Assembly: GCA_031370785.1 (NCBI GenBank)
Contig: JANMQY010000074.1
Location: 1-47,780, forward strand
Reading direction: 5' to 3'
Length of the DNA: 47,780 nucleotides
From: Candidatus Eiseniibacteriota bacterium
Lineage (GTDB): Bacteria > Eisenbacteria > RBG-16-71-46
Position 1 is the first letter of the stretch; each line of letters opens with the position of its first letter. Positions 1-9,193 of this stretch are shown piece after piece. The notes below the pieces were generated by a model, which saw nothing but the letters and a program-made list of their open reading frames with translations, searched no databases and had not been told where the DNA came from. Made by a program: the position numbers and the translations under genes.

Positions 1-1695
1 CCGGTCGCGTTGAGCGCGCTTGGCGTCAACGTTCCGATCGCGCTCGGGGATCTCGACGGAGTTCCGGGGGCCGAGATCGTGGCGGCGGCGGGAGACCAGA
101 AGGTGCACGTGCTGCGCGGCGACGGCTCCGAGCTTTCCGGCTGGCCGGTCACGCTCAACGGGACCGTGTTCGCGCCGGTGATCGCACACTTCGGCCCGAG
201 CGTCGCGATCGTGGTCGCGGCAGGCGACTCGCTCATTGCGCTGAAGACCGACGGCGGGCGGCGCTTTGCGGTCGCGCTCGGCGGATCGGTCGCGCAGGAT
301 CCCGCCCTGGGGGACCTCGCCGGCGACGGCTTGGACAACGTGATCGTTCCTCTTGCCGCGCCCAACTCGATCACCGTGATCGACGGCGCAGGCGCGGTGC
401 TCACCGGCCGCAACTGGCCGCGCGCATTGAGCGCCGCTCCGAATGGCGCCCCGGTGATCGGCGGACTTCGCGCGGGAGGGTCAGGGCGCGACATTGCGAT
501 CATGCGGGGAAACGCTCTGGTCGCGCTCACCGACAGCGCGCTCGCGATCGCGCGTTTCCCCGAGCCGGGCGGGGCCGGGCACGCCCCGACCCTCGCCGAT
601 CTCGACGGTTCGGGCGTGACCCGGGTGGTGGCGGGAAGCGGACCCGACTCGGTGCTCTACATCTACAGTGCGGGTTCCGGCACCTGGCGGGGAAACGCGC
701 CGTGGCCGACTGTGCGCGGCAACTTCGCGCGCACCGGAAACCGTGGCTACGCGCCCTCGCTCACACCGCTCGATGATGCCGCCCCATCCACCGTCGTCGA
801 TCTGGTCGCGCGATTCGTGCCGCCCGACTCGGTCCGGCTCACCTGGAGCGCGCCGGGCAACGACGGTGCGGTCGGCCGCGCCGCATCCTACGAGCTGCAC
901 GTCACCGGCCTGCGCGAGCAGGCGCGGCGCTTCGATCGTGGCGGGGTGCGCACCGATCTGCCCGCGCCCGACTCCTCGGGTGCCGCGCAGCAATTCGCGC
1001 TGCGCGTGGAAGCGAAGCACAGCCTGATGTTCTTCGCGCTGCGCGCGCGCGATGCGGCGGGGAACATTTCCGCGGCTTCGAATGTCGCGGCCACGCTCAC
1101 CCCGATGGGCGGGCCGCACGTGGTCACGACGCTCGCGGTGGCCGCGGTCGCCGAATCGAGCGTGACGCTGGAGTGGAGCGCTCCTCCAGCCGGGGCCCCG
1201 GCGTTGTACCAGATTCGCGCGGCGCGCGGAACGCTCGAGGGAAGCGCGGATACGCGCGGCTCAGTCACCCTGCTGCATGCGCCGAGTGAGCTCGGAGGGG
1301 AGAGGGCGATCGTGCCGGGGCTGGCGCGCGACGTGCGCTGGGTGTTCGTGGTCGCCTCCCTCGATGAGTCGGGTGTCACGCTGGCGATCTCGAATGCGGT
1401 GGAGGCCACGCCACGTCGCGCGGAAGGGGTCGCGCTCGCGGTGCGGGCCCAGCCCGCGCGCGTGCCGGTCGAGTTCGAGTGGATCAGCCTGCCCGGCGCC
1501 TCCTCCCGCATTGACCTCTACGACATCGGCGGGCGACGGGTGCGCACCATTCTGTGCCCGGCCGGCGTCGAACAGGGGCGCATCCTCTGGAACGGGCGCG
1601 ACGATTCCGGAAGCAGGATCGGCGCAGGACTCTACTTCGCGCGACTCACCAGTGGCGCGCGGCGCGCCACTGCGCGCGTCGTCCTGCTGCCCTGA
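1..1695 (+). CDS. Secreted/surface protein, 5'-truncated: FG-GAP/VCBS-like repeats, FN3-like domains and a C-terminal FlgD-like/T9SS sorting domain
   Basis: Frame is open from base 1. Repeats GDLDGVPGAEIV, GDLAGDGLDNVI and ADLDGSGVTRVV alternate with GWP motifs. FN3-like segments: DDAAPSTVVDL..VRLTWSAPGNDG..YEL..FFALRARDAAGNISAASN. C-terminus IDLYDIGGRRVRTI..WNGRDDSGSRIGAGLYFARL..RVVLLP. Confidence 0.8.
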   Translation, partial: PVALSALGVNVPIALGDLDGVPGAEIVAAAGDQKVHVLRGDGSELSGWPVTLNGTVFAPVIAHFGPSVAIVVAAGDSLIALKTDGGRRFAVALGGSVAQDPALGDLAGDGLDNVIVPLAAPNSITVIDGAGAVLTGRNWPRALSAAPNGAPVIGGLRAGGSGRDIAIMRGNALVALTDSALAIARFPEPGGAGHAPTLADLDGSGVTRVVAGSGPDSVLYIYSAGSGTWRGNAPWPTVRGNFARTGNRGYAPSLTPLDDAAPSTVVDLVARFVPPDSVRLTWSAPGNDGAVGRAASYELHVTGLREQARRFDRGGVRTDLPAPDSSGAAQQFALRVEAKHSLMFFALRARDAAGNISAASNVAATLTPMGGPHVVTTLAVAAVAESSVTLEWSAPPAGAPALYQIRAARGTLEGSADTRGSVTLLHAPSELGGERAIVPGLARDVRWVFVVASLDESGVTLAISNAVEATPRRAEGVALAVRAQPARVPVEFEWISLPGASSRIDLYDIGGRRVRTILCPAGVEQGRILWNGRDDSGSRIGAGLYFARLTSGARRATARVVLLP

Positions 1696-1713
1696 TCCGG
1701 CAGGATGCGCCCG

Positions 1714-1757
1714 GGGAAAACGGAACGGCCGGGAGGCGATTGCTCGCTCCCGGCCGT
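1714..1757 (-). terminator. Probable intrinsic terminator between convergent genes
   Basis: Perfect 11-bp stem ACGGCCGGGAG (1725-1735) / CTCCCGGCCGT (1747-1757). On the minus strand the loop reads CGA-GCAA-TCG (GNRA tetraloop) and the stem is followed by TCCGTTTTCC. Confidence 0.65.
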
Positions 1758-1844
1758 CATCGATTCGCGCGCCCAGTCAGTGGATCCTTCCACGCTCGGA
1801 CGCGCGGCGTGCTTCATCCCTGAGGCACGTTTGAAACGTAGAGC

Positions 1845-2327
1845 TTACTCGGGCAGCCTGCGCGTGTTCGGGTTCGTGCTGCCGCCGGCTCCGCCGCCGT
1901 TGACCACTTCGTAGGAAGCGACGGTGGTGTGCAGCGTGGTCGAGAACGCGCTCGCGTTGCTGCTCGCATCCACCGCCTTGACGCGGCAGTCGTACACCGT
2001 GTCGGTCGAGGTCTGCGGCATGGTCCATGAGGTCGAAGCCGATGAAACCTCACCGACCTTGACGTAGGAGCCATCCACCGCCGGGTCGCCGGTGGCCATA
2101 TAGATGTCGTAGTGTGCGACGTCCGCGGCCGGGCTGGCGTTCCACGACAGCGTGGTGATGGTGGTCTGGGGAACGTAGGCCGCGGAGAGACCGCTCGGAG
2201 ACGGCGGCGGTGTGTTGTCGAGAATCGCAGGATCGAGTCCGGCGACGTCGGCGGCCTTGCAGCCGGCCAGCATCAGTACGGATGAAGCGATGAGGAGCAA
2301 CATGAAAGACGAGCGAACGGACTTCAC
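1845..2327 (-). CDS. Lipoprotein with a single fibronectin type III-like domain
   Basis: GTG start with AGGAGG RBS (cctcct at 2335-2340). Signal peptide II lipobox LAG|C. FN3 pattern DNTPPPSPSGL..TLSWNAS..YDIY..YDCRVKAVDASSNASAFS. Confidence 0.85.
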   Translation of the reverse strand: MKSVRSSFMLLLIASSVLMLAGCKAADVAGLDPAILDNTPPPSPSGLSAAYVPQTTITTLSWNASPAADVAHYDIYMATGDPAVDGSYVKVGEVSSASTSWTMPQTSTDTVYDCRVKAVDASSNASAFSTTLHTTVASYEVVNGGGAGGSTNPNTRRLPE

Positions 2328-2420
2328 GGACGAGCCTCCTTGCTTGGAGTGGAACCGGACGACGTCCGAGCGGATCGAGACGACGCAATGACTGGGGCCT
2401 GCCAGGGCACTACTCCATCG

Positions 2421-2436
2421 AGCAATATCGGTGCCG
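2421..2436 (-). promoter_or_regulatory. Sigma54 (RpoN) -24/-12 promoter for the lipoprotein gene
   Basis: Minus strand reads CGGCAC-CGATA-TTGCT, giving exact GG-N10-GC spacing about 95 bp upstream of the start codon. Confidence 0.7.
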
Positions 2437-2522
2437 CGAAGCCCGCGATGTCATGGAGCCGCACAAGGCTCGCGCCTTCATTGCGCTGCTCATTCCTGTC
2501 AGGGCCGAGCGGATGCGCGCGG

Positions 2523-2538
2523 GGCTTGCGCTCTGCAA
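2523..2538. promoter_or_regulatory. Candidate enhancer-binding-protein site (TTGC-N5-GCAA)
   Basis: GGCTTGCGCTCTGCAA is 15/16 identical to 47362-47377 upstream of pilA and lies about 100 bp upstream of the sigma54 element at 2421-2436. Confidence 0.5.
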
Positions 2539-2582
2539 TCCGGCTCGAGGCAATCGTTGCGGGTTGCGAGCCCGTCGGGCGA

Positions 2583-4346
2583 TTGGCGCGCCTGCGGCCT
2601 GCAGCCTTGCTGCTGCTCCTGCTACAGCTTCCGGGGCTGGCGGCGCATGCCGAAGTGCGCGGCGCTGCGATCGAGCGCGGTGAGGCCATGTCGGCCGCGC
2701 GCACGCCCCGGCCGGTGTTCGGGCCGGTCGAGCACGAGCCGCTCGAGGCGAATCCGGTGCTGACCGGCACTTTCGGCGAAACTCGTGGCGCCCATTTTCA
2801 CGCCGGTCTCGACTACTCGACTGGACGCCAGGTAGGCGTTCCGCTCTTCGCGCCGCTCGCGGGTGTCATCGAGCGTGCCCGTTCCTCGGGCGTCGGTTAT
2901 GGCAGGTCGCTCTACCTGCGAGCCGCGGATGGCCGTCTGTTCGTGTACGGACATCTCGACGCCTTCGAGGAGCCGCTCGCTTCGTTCGTATCCGCCGCGC
3001 AGGAGTCGAGCGGCCAGTACGAGCAGGACCTGTGGCTCGAGCCCGGGCGATTCCGGGTGGCCGCGGGCCAGCGCATCGGATGGAGCGGCGAGAGCGGCAT
3101 CGGCGATCCGCATCTCCACTTCGAAGTGCGCAGAGGCGACATGGCGATCAATCCACTGCTCGCCGGAATCGCGATTCTCGACACGCTGCGTCCGGTCATC
3201 GATGCGGTTTCGATCGAGCCGCGCACGCCGCAATCGCGAATCGATGGTCGTGCGGTGGCGAGGCGTGTCACGTTCGGTCCGATCCCGGACACGGTCCGGG
3301 TCAGGGGAGAGGCACGAGTCGTGGTCGAGGCACGCGATCCCGGGGATCGTCGAGCCGACATGGAGCCCTACGAAATCTCGATGGAGTGGAACGGTCACTA
3401 CGTCGCCTGCCGCTTCGACAGCATCTCGTGGGCGACCGACATGGACGAAGCGGACTTCATCTATGACCGCGGCCGCTCGGTCCCGACGCGCCGGCACGCG
3501 GTGCGGCTGTGGGCGCCCGCCGGGTTCCGGCCGCGCGTCATCGAGAGCGACATCGCGACCAGTCTCGAAGCCGGGACGCTTGCGTTCGAAGAGTCGCGCC
3601 CGTTCGTCACGCTTCGCGTCGCGGCCAGTGACTTCGCGGGGAACCGGATCGAGCGCAGCCTGGTGCTCGCGTTCGGGCCCGCGCCCGGCCCGGCCGCTGC
3701 GCCGCCCGGAGCGCCGGTTGCGCGTCGCGGCGCCACCGCGGGGTTCGAGTGGTCCTTTCCGGCCGAGGCGCTGTTCGAAGCGACCGACGTCAGGGCGACA
3801 GCGCTGGCGATGCCGGCCGCGGCGGGCGAGCTGCATCCGCTCAGTCGTGCGGTCGCGCTCCAACCGGTGTGGCTCGCGATGCGAGGACCCCTCACCGTCC
3901 GAGCGCCATTGCTGCCCGGAGTGCGCAGAGTCGGGCTCTACCAGAACACGGGCTCGGGCTGGGACCTGGTGCGCACCGAGCGCGACACGGCTCGGCGTCA
4001 GCTGATCGGCGAGACCCATCGCCTCGGGCGCTTCGCGCTGTTCGCCGATCGACTCGGGCCGCGCCTTCGGCCTCGACCGGTCACGCGCACGCGGAACGCC
4101 GATGCGCCGTATTCGCGCTGGGCGGTCGAGGTCGCGGTGGTCGAGGACGGGAGCGGCATGGATCCGCGCGCGTCATACTTCGTAGTCGATGGCCGGCGCC
4201 GTCCCGCGGAATGGGACAACGAGAAGCGTATGCTGCGCTGGCGTCCGCTCGATCCGCCCGAGGCGGGTGCGCATCGCTTCGTCGCGCTCGCGCGCGATCG
4301 AGCGGGAAACGCGGCACGGGTCGCGGGGAGCTTTGTGCTAGATTAG
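2583..4346 (+). CDS. M23-family metallopeptidase (secreted; start uncertain)
   Basis: Zinc motifs HAGLD (HxxxD) and PHLHFEVR (HxH). The TGTFGETRGAHFHAGLD segment is of the type common in FCB bacteria. The in-frame TTG at 2583 precedes a signal-peptide-like stretch (ARLRPAALLLLLLQLPGLAAHA). The ORF-track start at 2340 would overlap the divergent promoter. Confidence 0.8.
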   Translation: MARLRPAALLLLLLQLPGLAAHAEVRGAAIERGEAMSAARTPRPVFGPVEHEPLEANPVLTGTFGETRGAHFHAGLDYSTGRQVGVPLFAPLAGVIERARSSGVGYGRSLYLRAADGRLFVYGHLDAFEEPLASFVSAAQESSGQYEQDLWLEPGRFRVAAGQRIGWSGESGIGDPHLHFEVRRGDMAINPLLAGIAILDTLRPVIDAVSIEPRTPQSRIDGRAVARRVTFGPIPDTVRVRGEARVVVEARDPGDRRADMEPYEISMEWNGHYVACRFDSISWATDMDEADFIYDRGRSVPTRRHAVRLWAPAGFRPRVIESDIATSLEAGTLAFEESRPFVTLRVAASDFAGNRIERSLVLAFGPAPGPAAAPPGAPVARRGATAGFEWSFPAEALFEATDVRATALAMPAAAGELHPLSRAVALQPVWLAMRGPLTVRAPLLPGVRRVGLYQNTGSGWDLVRTERDTARRQLIGETHRLGRFALFADRLGPRLRPRPVTRTRNADAPYSRWAVEVAVVEDGSGMDPRASYFVVDGRRRPAEWDNEKRMLRWRPLDPPEAGAHRFVALARDRAGNAARVAGSFVLD

Positions 4347-4441
4347 TCGCGCATTCGCAACGCCTTTCGAACGCCAGACAAGGGGGCGAGGGGCGCTTCA
4401 GCCGCCTCATCCTTAAGGCCTCACTTCGCGCAGGATGCGCC

Positions 4442-7400
4442 ATGAAACACGCCGACTTCGTCCACCTCCACAATCACAGCGACTATTCGCTGCTGGACGG
4501 CGCGAGCTCGATCCCCGGAATGGTGCAGCGCGCGGTCGAGCTGGGCATGCCCGCGCTCGCTTTGACCGACCACGGCTCGATGTTCGGCGCGATCGAGTTC
4601 TATCTCGAGGCCAGGAAGAAGGGCATCAAGCCCATTCTCGGGATGGAGGCTTACGTCACCCGCGGCAGCCGCCGCGACCGCATCAAGGAGACCGCGCACC
4701 ACCTGGTCCTGCTGGCGCGCGACGAGGTGGGCTTCCGTAACCTGATGCGCCTCTCCTCGCTCGCGTTCCTCGAGGGCTTCTACTACCGGCCCCGGGTCGA
4801 CCACGAGATCCTTTCGAAGTACGGCGATGGCCTGCTCGCGCTGTCGGCGTGTCCCAAGGGCGAGATCGCTTCCGACTTGCTCGACGACAACGAGGCCCGC
4901 GCGGCCGAGACCGCGCTCATGTACCGGGACCTGTTCGGCGCCGAGAACTATTTCCTCGAGATCCAGAACCACGGGCTCGAGATCGAGGACCGCATCCGCG
5001 AGCGCGTGACCCGCCTCTCCTCGCGCACCGGCATCCCGCTGATCGCCACCAACGACTGCCACTACCTGAAGCACGAGCACGCCGAAGCCCACGACGTGCT
5101 GCTGTGCATTCAGACCGGCAAGACCATCGACGATCCGAAGCGCATGCGCTACACGACCGATCAGGTGTACTTCAAGTCCGCCGAGGAGATGCGCGAGCGC
5201 TTCGCCGACCAGCCCGAGGCGCTGAAGAACACGCTCGAGGTGGCGGAGCGCTGCAACGTCCAGATCCACTTCGGCAAGCCTTTGCTGCCGGCGTTCCCGC
5301 TGCCGCCCGGAGCCGAGAGCAACGAGGAGTACCTGCGCGAGATCGCATGGAAGGAGCTGCGCGGGCGCTTCCCGGAGATCTCGGACGAAGTGAAGAAGCG
5401 CTTCGACTACGAGCTGGACGTGATCTGCCGGATGGGATTCGCCTCGTACTTCCTGATCGTGCGCGACTTCATCGCCTTCGCGCGCTCGCGCGGCATCGGG
5501 GTGGGTCCGGGCCGCGGCTCGGTGGCGGGCTCCCTGGTCGCCTACGCGCTGCACATCACCGACATCGATCCGCTCAGGCACGGGCTGATCTTCGAGCGCT
5601 TCCTCAACCCTGAGCGCGTCAGCATGCCGGATATCGACATCGACTTCGACGACTTGAGGCGCGGAGAGGTGATCGAATACGTGAAGCAGAAGTACGGCGA
5701 GGACAACGTCACCCAGATCATCACCTTCGGCACCATGGGCGCGAAGGGCGTGGTGCGCGATGTCGGGCGCGCACTGGGCCTCGCGGTCTCCGAGGTGGAT
5801 CGCATCGCCAAGCTGGTTCCCGACGGTCTCGGCATGACCCTCGATCGCGCGCTCGAGCTGTCGCCCGAGCTCAAGGCGCTTCCTTTGAAGGGCCCGCAGT
5901 TCGAGAAGCTGCTCAAGAGCGCGCGCGTGCTCGAAGGCCTGGCGCGCCACGCCTCGACCCATGCCGCCGGAGTCCTGATCACGCCGGGTCCGCTGCTCGA
6001 CTACGTGCCGCTCTACCGCCAGAAGGACGAGTCGGTCACCACCCAGTGGGACATGAAGGCGGTGGAGAAGGCCGGCCTGCTCAAGATGGACTTCCTGGGG
6101 CTACGGACACTGTCGGTGCTCGATGAAACCGTGCGTCTGATCGAGCGCCATCATCAGACCAGGCTCGACATCGCGAAGCTCGAGCTCGAGGACGAGCCCG
6201 CCTACCGGATCTTCCAGGAGGCCGAGACCGTCGCGATCTTCCAGTTCGAGTCTTCTGGAATGCGCGACTACCTGAAGCGGCTCAAGCCCACGGTGTTCAG
6301 CGACCTGGTCGCGATGAACGCCCTGTATCGCCCGGGGCCGATGGAGAACATCCCCTACTTCATCGACTGCAAGCACGGACGGCAGGTGGTGCGCTACGAC
6401 CACCCGGATCTCGAGCCCATCCTTAAGAACACCTACGGCGTGTTCGTCTATCAGGAGCAGGTGATGGCCGCGGCGCACAAGCTTGCGGGCTTCTCGCTCG
6501 GACAGGCCGACGAGCTGCGTCGCGCGATGGGGAAGAAGATCGCCTCCGAGATGGAGGCCAAGCGCGCCGCCTTCATCGAGGGCTGCACCAAGCGGCGCAT
6601 CGCCGCCGGAAAGGCCGAGAAGATCTTCCAGACCATGGAGAAATTCGCGGGCTACGGTTTCAATTCCAGCCATTCGACCGCCTACGCGCTGCTCGCGTAT
6701 CAGTGCGCATGGCTCAAGGCGCACTACCCGGCCGAGTTCATGGCCGCGACCATGACCAGCGAAATGTCGGACAGCGCGCGGATCGTCACGCTGATCGAAG
6801 AGTCGCGGCGCATGAACCTCGAGATCCTGCCTCCCGACATCAACCACTCGGAGTGGAAGTTCACGCTCGAAGAGGGAAAGGTGCGCTTCGGGCTGGGCGC
6901 GGTGCGCAACGTCGGGCAGAGCAACATCGAAGCGCTGGTCGCGGCCCGCGATCGCGACGGAGCGTTCAACGATCTGTTCGAGGTTGCGGTTCGGACCGGC
7001 GCCCGCGTGCTCAACCGCCGCGCGGTGGAGAGCCTGGTCGCCGCGGGCGCGTGCGACGCGCTCGGCGGCGAGCGCGGCGCGCTGTTCGCGGGCGCCTCGC
7101 GCGCGCTCGACCACGCCGCGAACCTGCAGCGCGACCTCGCCAGCGGCCAGTCGTCGCTGTTCGCCGAGTCGTCGGGCTCGGTCGCGGTCGCCTCCCCGCC
7201 GCTGCCGGTGGTCGAGCCGTGGACCAGCCGCGACCGGAGCTCGAAGGAAAAGGAAGTGCTCGGGTTCTACTTCTCCGAGCATCCGCTTGAACAGCTGCGC
7301 GGCCAGCTCGAACGGATCGCGACCCACACCGTTGCGGAAGCGCTCGGGGCCGAGGACGGCTCCGAGGTGCGGCTCGCGGGCGTGGTCGGCGAGGTCAAGC

Positions 7401-7870
7401 CGATCACCACGCGCGCGGGCCGGCTGATGGGGATCGTCGGGCTCGAGGACCTGAGCGGGCGCATCGAGTGCACCGCGTTCCCGGATACCTTCGAGACCGC
7501 GCGTGCCCTGCTGGTCGCGGACGCGATCGTGGTGGTCTCGGGTCGCATCGAGGTGCGCGACGATCGTGGCATCAAGCTGCTGCTCTCGGAAGTGCGGCCG
7601 TTCGAAGAGGCGCGGATCGCGTACCGGCCCGCTCTTCACCTGGAGATTCGCGCCGAGCAGATCTCCGAGGCGCTGCTGCAGGGGATCGACGAGACCCTGT
7701 CCTCGCATCCCGGCGAGGCCGAGGTGTACCTTCACATCGTAAAGCCGGATCGATCGCGCGTCGCGATGCGCTCGCGCCGTTTCCGCGTGGCCGAGAACGA
7801 GGGCGTGGTGGCGAAGCTTGCCGAGCGCTACTCGTTCGTGACCGCGCGTTGGGGAAAGGGGGCGCTGTGA
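4442..7870 (+). CDS. dnaE: DNA polymerase III alpha subunit
   Basis: ATG at 4442 (MKHADFVHLHNHSDYSLLDG). PHP domain, GPGRGS, FERFLNPERVSMPDIDIDF, KMDFLGL, C-terminal OB fold. Confidence 0.98.
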   Translation: MKHADFVHLHNHSDYSLLDGASSIPGMVQRAVELGMPALALTDHGSMFGAIEFYLEARKKGIKPILGMEAYVTRGSRRDRIKETAHHLVLLARDEVGFRNLMRLSSLAFLEGFYYRPRVDHEILSKYGDGLLALSACPKGEIASDLLDDNEARAAETALMYRDLFGAENYFLEIQNHGLEIEDRIRERVTRLSSRTGIPLIATNDCHYLKHEHAEAHDVLLCIQTGKTIDDPKRMRYTTDQVYFKSAEEMRERFADQPEALKNTLEVAERCNVQIHFGKPLLPAFPLPPGAESNEEYLREIAWKELRGRFPEISDEVKKRFDYELDVICRMGFASYFLIVRDFIAFARSRGIGVGPGRGSVAGSLVAYALHITDIDPLRHGLIFERFLNPERVSMPDIDIDFDDLRRGEVIEYVKQKYGEDNVTQIITFGTMGAKGVVRDVGRALGLAVSEVDRIAKLVPDGLGMTLDRALELSPELKALPLKGPQFEKLLKSARVLEGLARHASTHAAGVLITPGPLLDYVPLYRQKDESVTTQWDMKAVEKAGLLKMDFLGLRTLSVLDETVRLIERHHQTRLDIAKLELEDEPAYRIFQEAETVAIFQFESSGMRDYLKRLKPTVFSDLVAMNALYRPGPMENIPYFIDCKHGRQVVRYDHPDLEPILKNTYGVFVYQEQVMAAAHKLAGFSLGQADELRRAMGKKIASEMEAKRAAFIEGCTKRRIAAGKAEKIFQTMEKFAGYGFNSSHSTAYALLAYQCAWLKAHYPAEFMAATMTSEMSDSARIVTLIEESRRMNLEILPPDINHSEWKFTLEEGKVRFGLGAVRNVGQSNIEALVAARDRDGAFNDLFEVAVRTGARVLNRRAVESLVAAGACDALGGERGALFAGASRALDHAANLQRDLASGQSSLFAESSGSVAVASPPLPVVEPWTSRDRSSKEKEVLGFYFSEHPLEQLRGQLERIATHTVAEALGAEDGSEVRLAGVVGEVKPITTRAGRLMGIVGLEDLSGRIECTAFPDTFETARALLVADAIVVVSGRIEVRDDRGIKLLLSEVRPFEEARIAYRPALHLEIRAEQISEALLQGIDETLSSHPGEAEVYLHIVKPDRSRVAMRSRRFRVAENEGVVAKLAERYSFVTARWGKGAL

Positions 7871-8829
7871 CCGCCTGGCTCGACTTCGAGAAGCCGGTGC
7901 TCGAGCTGGAGCAGAAGATCCAGGAGCTCCGCAGCCAGGCCGCGGATCAGGGGATCGAGGCGGCGGGCGAGCTGGCCGACCTCGAACGGAAAGCCGAGGC
8001 GCTGCGCCGCGAAGTGTACGAGGGGTTGACCCCGTTCCAGCGCGTGCAGGTCGCCAAGCATCCGAACCGGCCGTACACGCTGGACTACATCGAGCGCTGC
8101 TTCACCGACTGGACCGAGCTGCACGGCGATCGCCACTTCGCCGACGATCCTGCGATCGTCGGCGGCCTTGCGATGCTCGACGGACGGCCGGTGATGGTGA
8201 TCGGCCAGCAGAAGGGCCGGGGCACCAAGGAGAATCTGGTGCGCCGCTTTGGCATGCCGAACCCCGAAGGCTATCGCAAGGCGCTTCGCCTGATGCAGCT
8301 CGCCGATCGCTTCGGCGTGGCGATCATCACCCTGGTCGATACGCCTGGCGCATATCCCGGGCTCGGCGCCGAGGAGCGCGGGCAGGCCGAGGCGATCGCT
8401 GTCAACCTGCGCGAGATGGCCCGGCTCGGCGTTCCGATCGTGACCGTGGTGATCGGCGAGGGAGGCTCGGGCGGCGCGCTCGCGATCGCGGTCAGCGACG
8501 TGGTGCTCATGTTCGAGAACTCGGTCTACTCGGTGATTTCCCCGGAGGGCTGTGCGGCCATCCTGTGGCGCGACTCCAAGAAGGCCCCGATCGCGGCCGA
8601 AGCGCTCAAGCTCACCGCCATCGACCTCGAGCGGCTGGGCGTCGCCGACGCGATCCTTCCCGAGCCGGTCGGTGGCAATCACCGCGACCCCGAGTCCGCG
8701 GCCGCCACGCTCAAGCAGGCGATTCTTCGGCACCTCGAGAGCCTTTCGGGGGTATCACGGAGCGACTTGGTCGATCGCAGGCTGGCCAAGTTCCGCCGGC
8801 TGGGTGTGTATCACGAGGACCCGGCTTGA
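7867..8829 (+). CDS. accA: Acetyl-CoA carboxylase carboxyltransferase alpha subunit
   Basis: GTG start overlaps the dnaE stop (GTGA). Motifs LDFEKPV, HPNRPYTLDY, FGMPNPEGYRKALRLM, DTPGAYPG..AEERGQ, GEGGSGGALA, SVISPEGCAAILW. Confidence 0.97.
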   Translation: MTAWLDFEKPVLELEQKIQELRSQAADQGIEAAGELADLERKAEALRREVYEGLTPFQRVQVAKHPNRPYTLDYIERCFTDWTELHGDRHFADDPAIVGGLAMLDGRPVMVIGQQKGRGTKENLVRRFGMPNPEGYRKALRLMQLADRFGVAIITLVDTPGAYPGLGAEERGQAEAIAVNLREMARLGVPIVTVVIGEGGSGGALAIAVSDVVLMFENSVYSVISPEGCAAILWRDSKKAPIAAEALKLTAIDLERLGVADAILPEPVGGNHRDPESAAATLKQAILRHLESLSGVSRSDLVDRRLAKFRRLGVYHEDPA

Positions 8830-8855
8830 CCGTCTGAAAATGCGGTTGATAGACT
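8826..8855 (+). promoter_or_regulatory. Putative sigma70 promoter for the Trm112-like/porU unit
   Basis: TTGACC (8826-8831), 18-bp spacer, TAGACT (8850-8855) at the start of the 177-bp intergenic gap. Confidence 0.5.
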
Positions 8856-9006
8856 CCCGCCGGCTGTTTCCGTCCGCACTTCGGAGGAGCTCCGATCGCC
8901 TCTGGTGACGCTTTGCAGCCGGTCGCTCCCGTGCACCGGTCGGTTTCGAGGCTCGGCGGCGCTGCCGGGCTGTCCCTGATTCACCCGCGATCCCAAGAGG
9001 AGTTCC

Positions 9007-9174
9007 ATGGCCCTGAGTCCCGATCTGCTCAGCATTCTGGTGTGTCCCGCCTGCAAAGGCGATCTCACCTACGACGCCAGCGCCCAGACCCTGACCTGCC
9101 CGGCCTGCCGCCTCCGCTACCAGGTGGTGGACGACATCCCGGTGATGCTGGTCGACGAAGCTCAGAAGTTCTGA
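9007..9174 (+). CDS. Trm112/YcaR-family small zinc-knuckle protein (55 aa; absent from the ORF track)
   Basis: AAGAGGAG RBS. Hand translation: [55 protein letters not shown], showing the LxCPxCKG..LxCxxC..Y..DDIPVML..EA family pattern. Confidence 0.9.
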   Translation: MALSPDLLSILVCPACKGDLTYDASAQTLTCPACRLRYQVVDDIPVMLVDEAQKF

Positions 9175-9193
9175 GCCGGGCCAGGACGTCCGC

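Noticed and set aside
3749..4441. N-terminal extensions in the ORF track (dnaE from 3749; also accA 7468, hutU 27873, pilS 43257, barrel 20030, pilB 40055)
   Set aside because: Extensions overlap upstream genes or promoter regions and are low-complexity Arg/Ala/Gly; family motifs, RBSs and overlaps indicate later starts.
6640..6690. Possible intein at the dnaE FNxSH site
   Set aside because: The sequence is continuous (GYGFNSSHSTAY) and the protein is of normal length (1,142 aa); no insertion.
8903..8917. TGGTGACGCTTTGCA as a sigma54 promoter
   Set aside because: GG-to-GC spacing is 9 rather than the required 10 nt.
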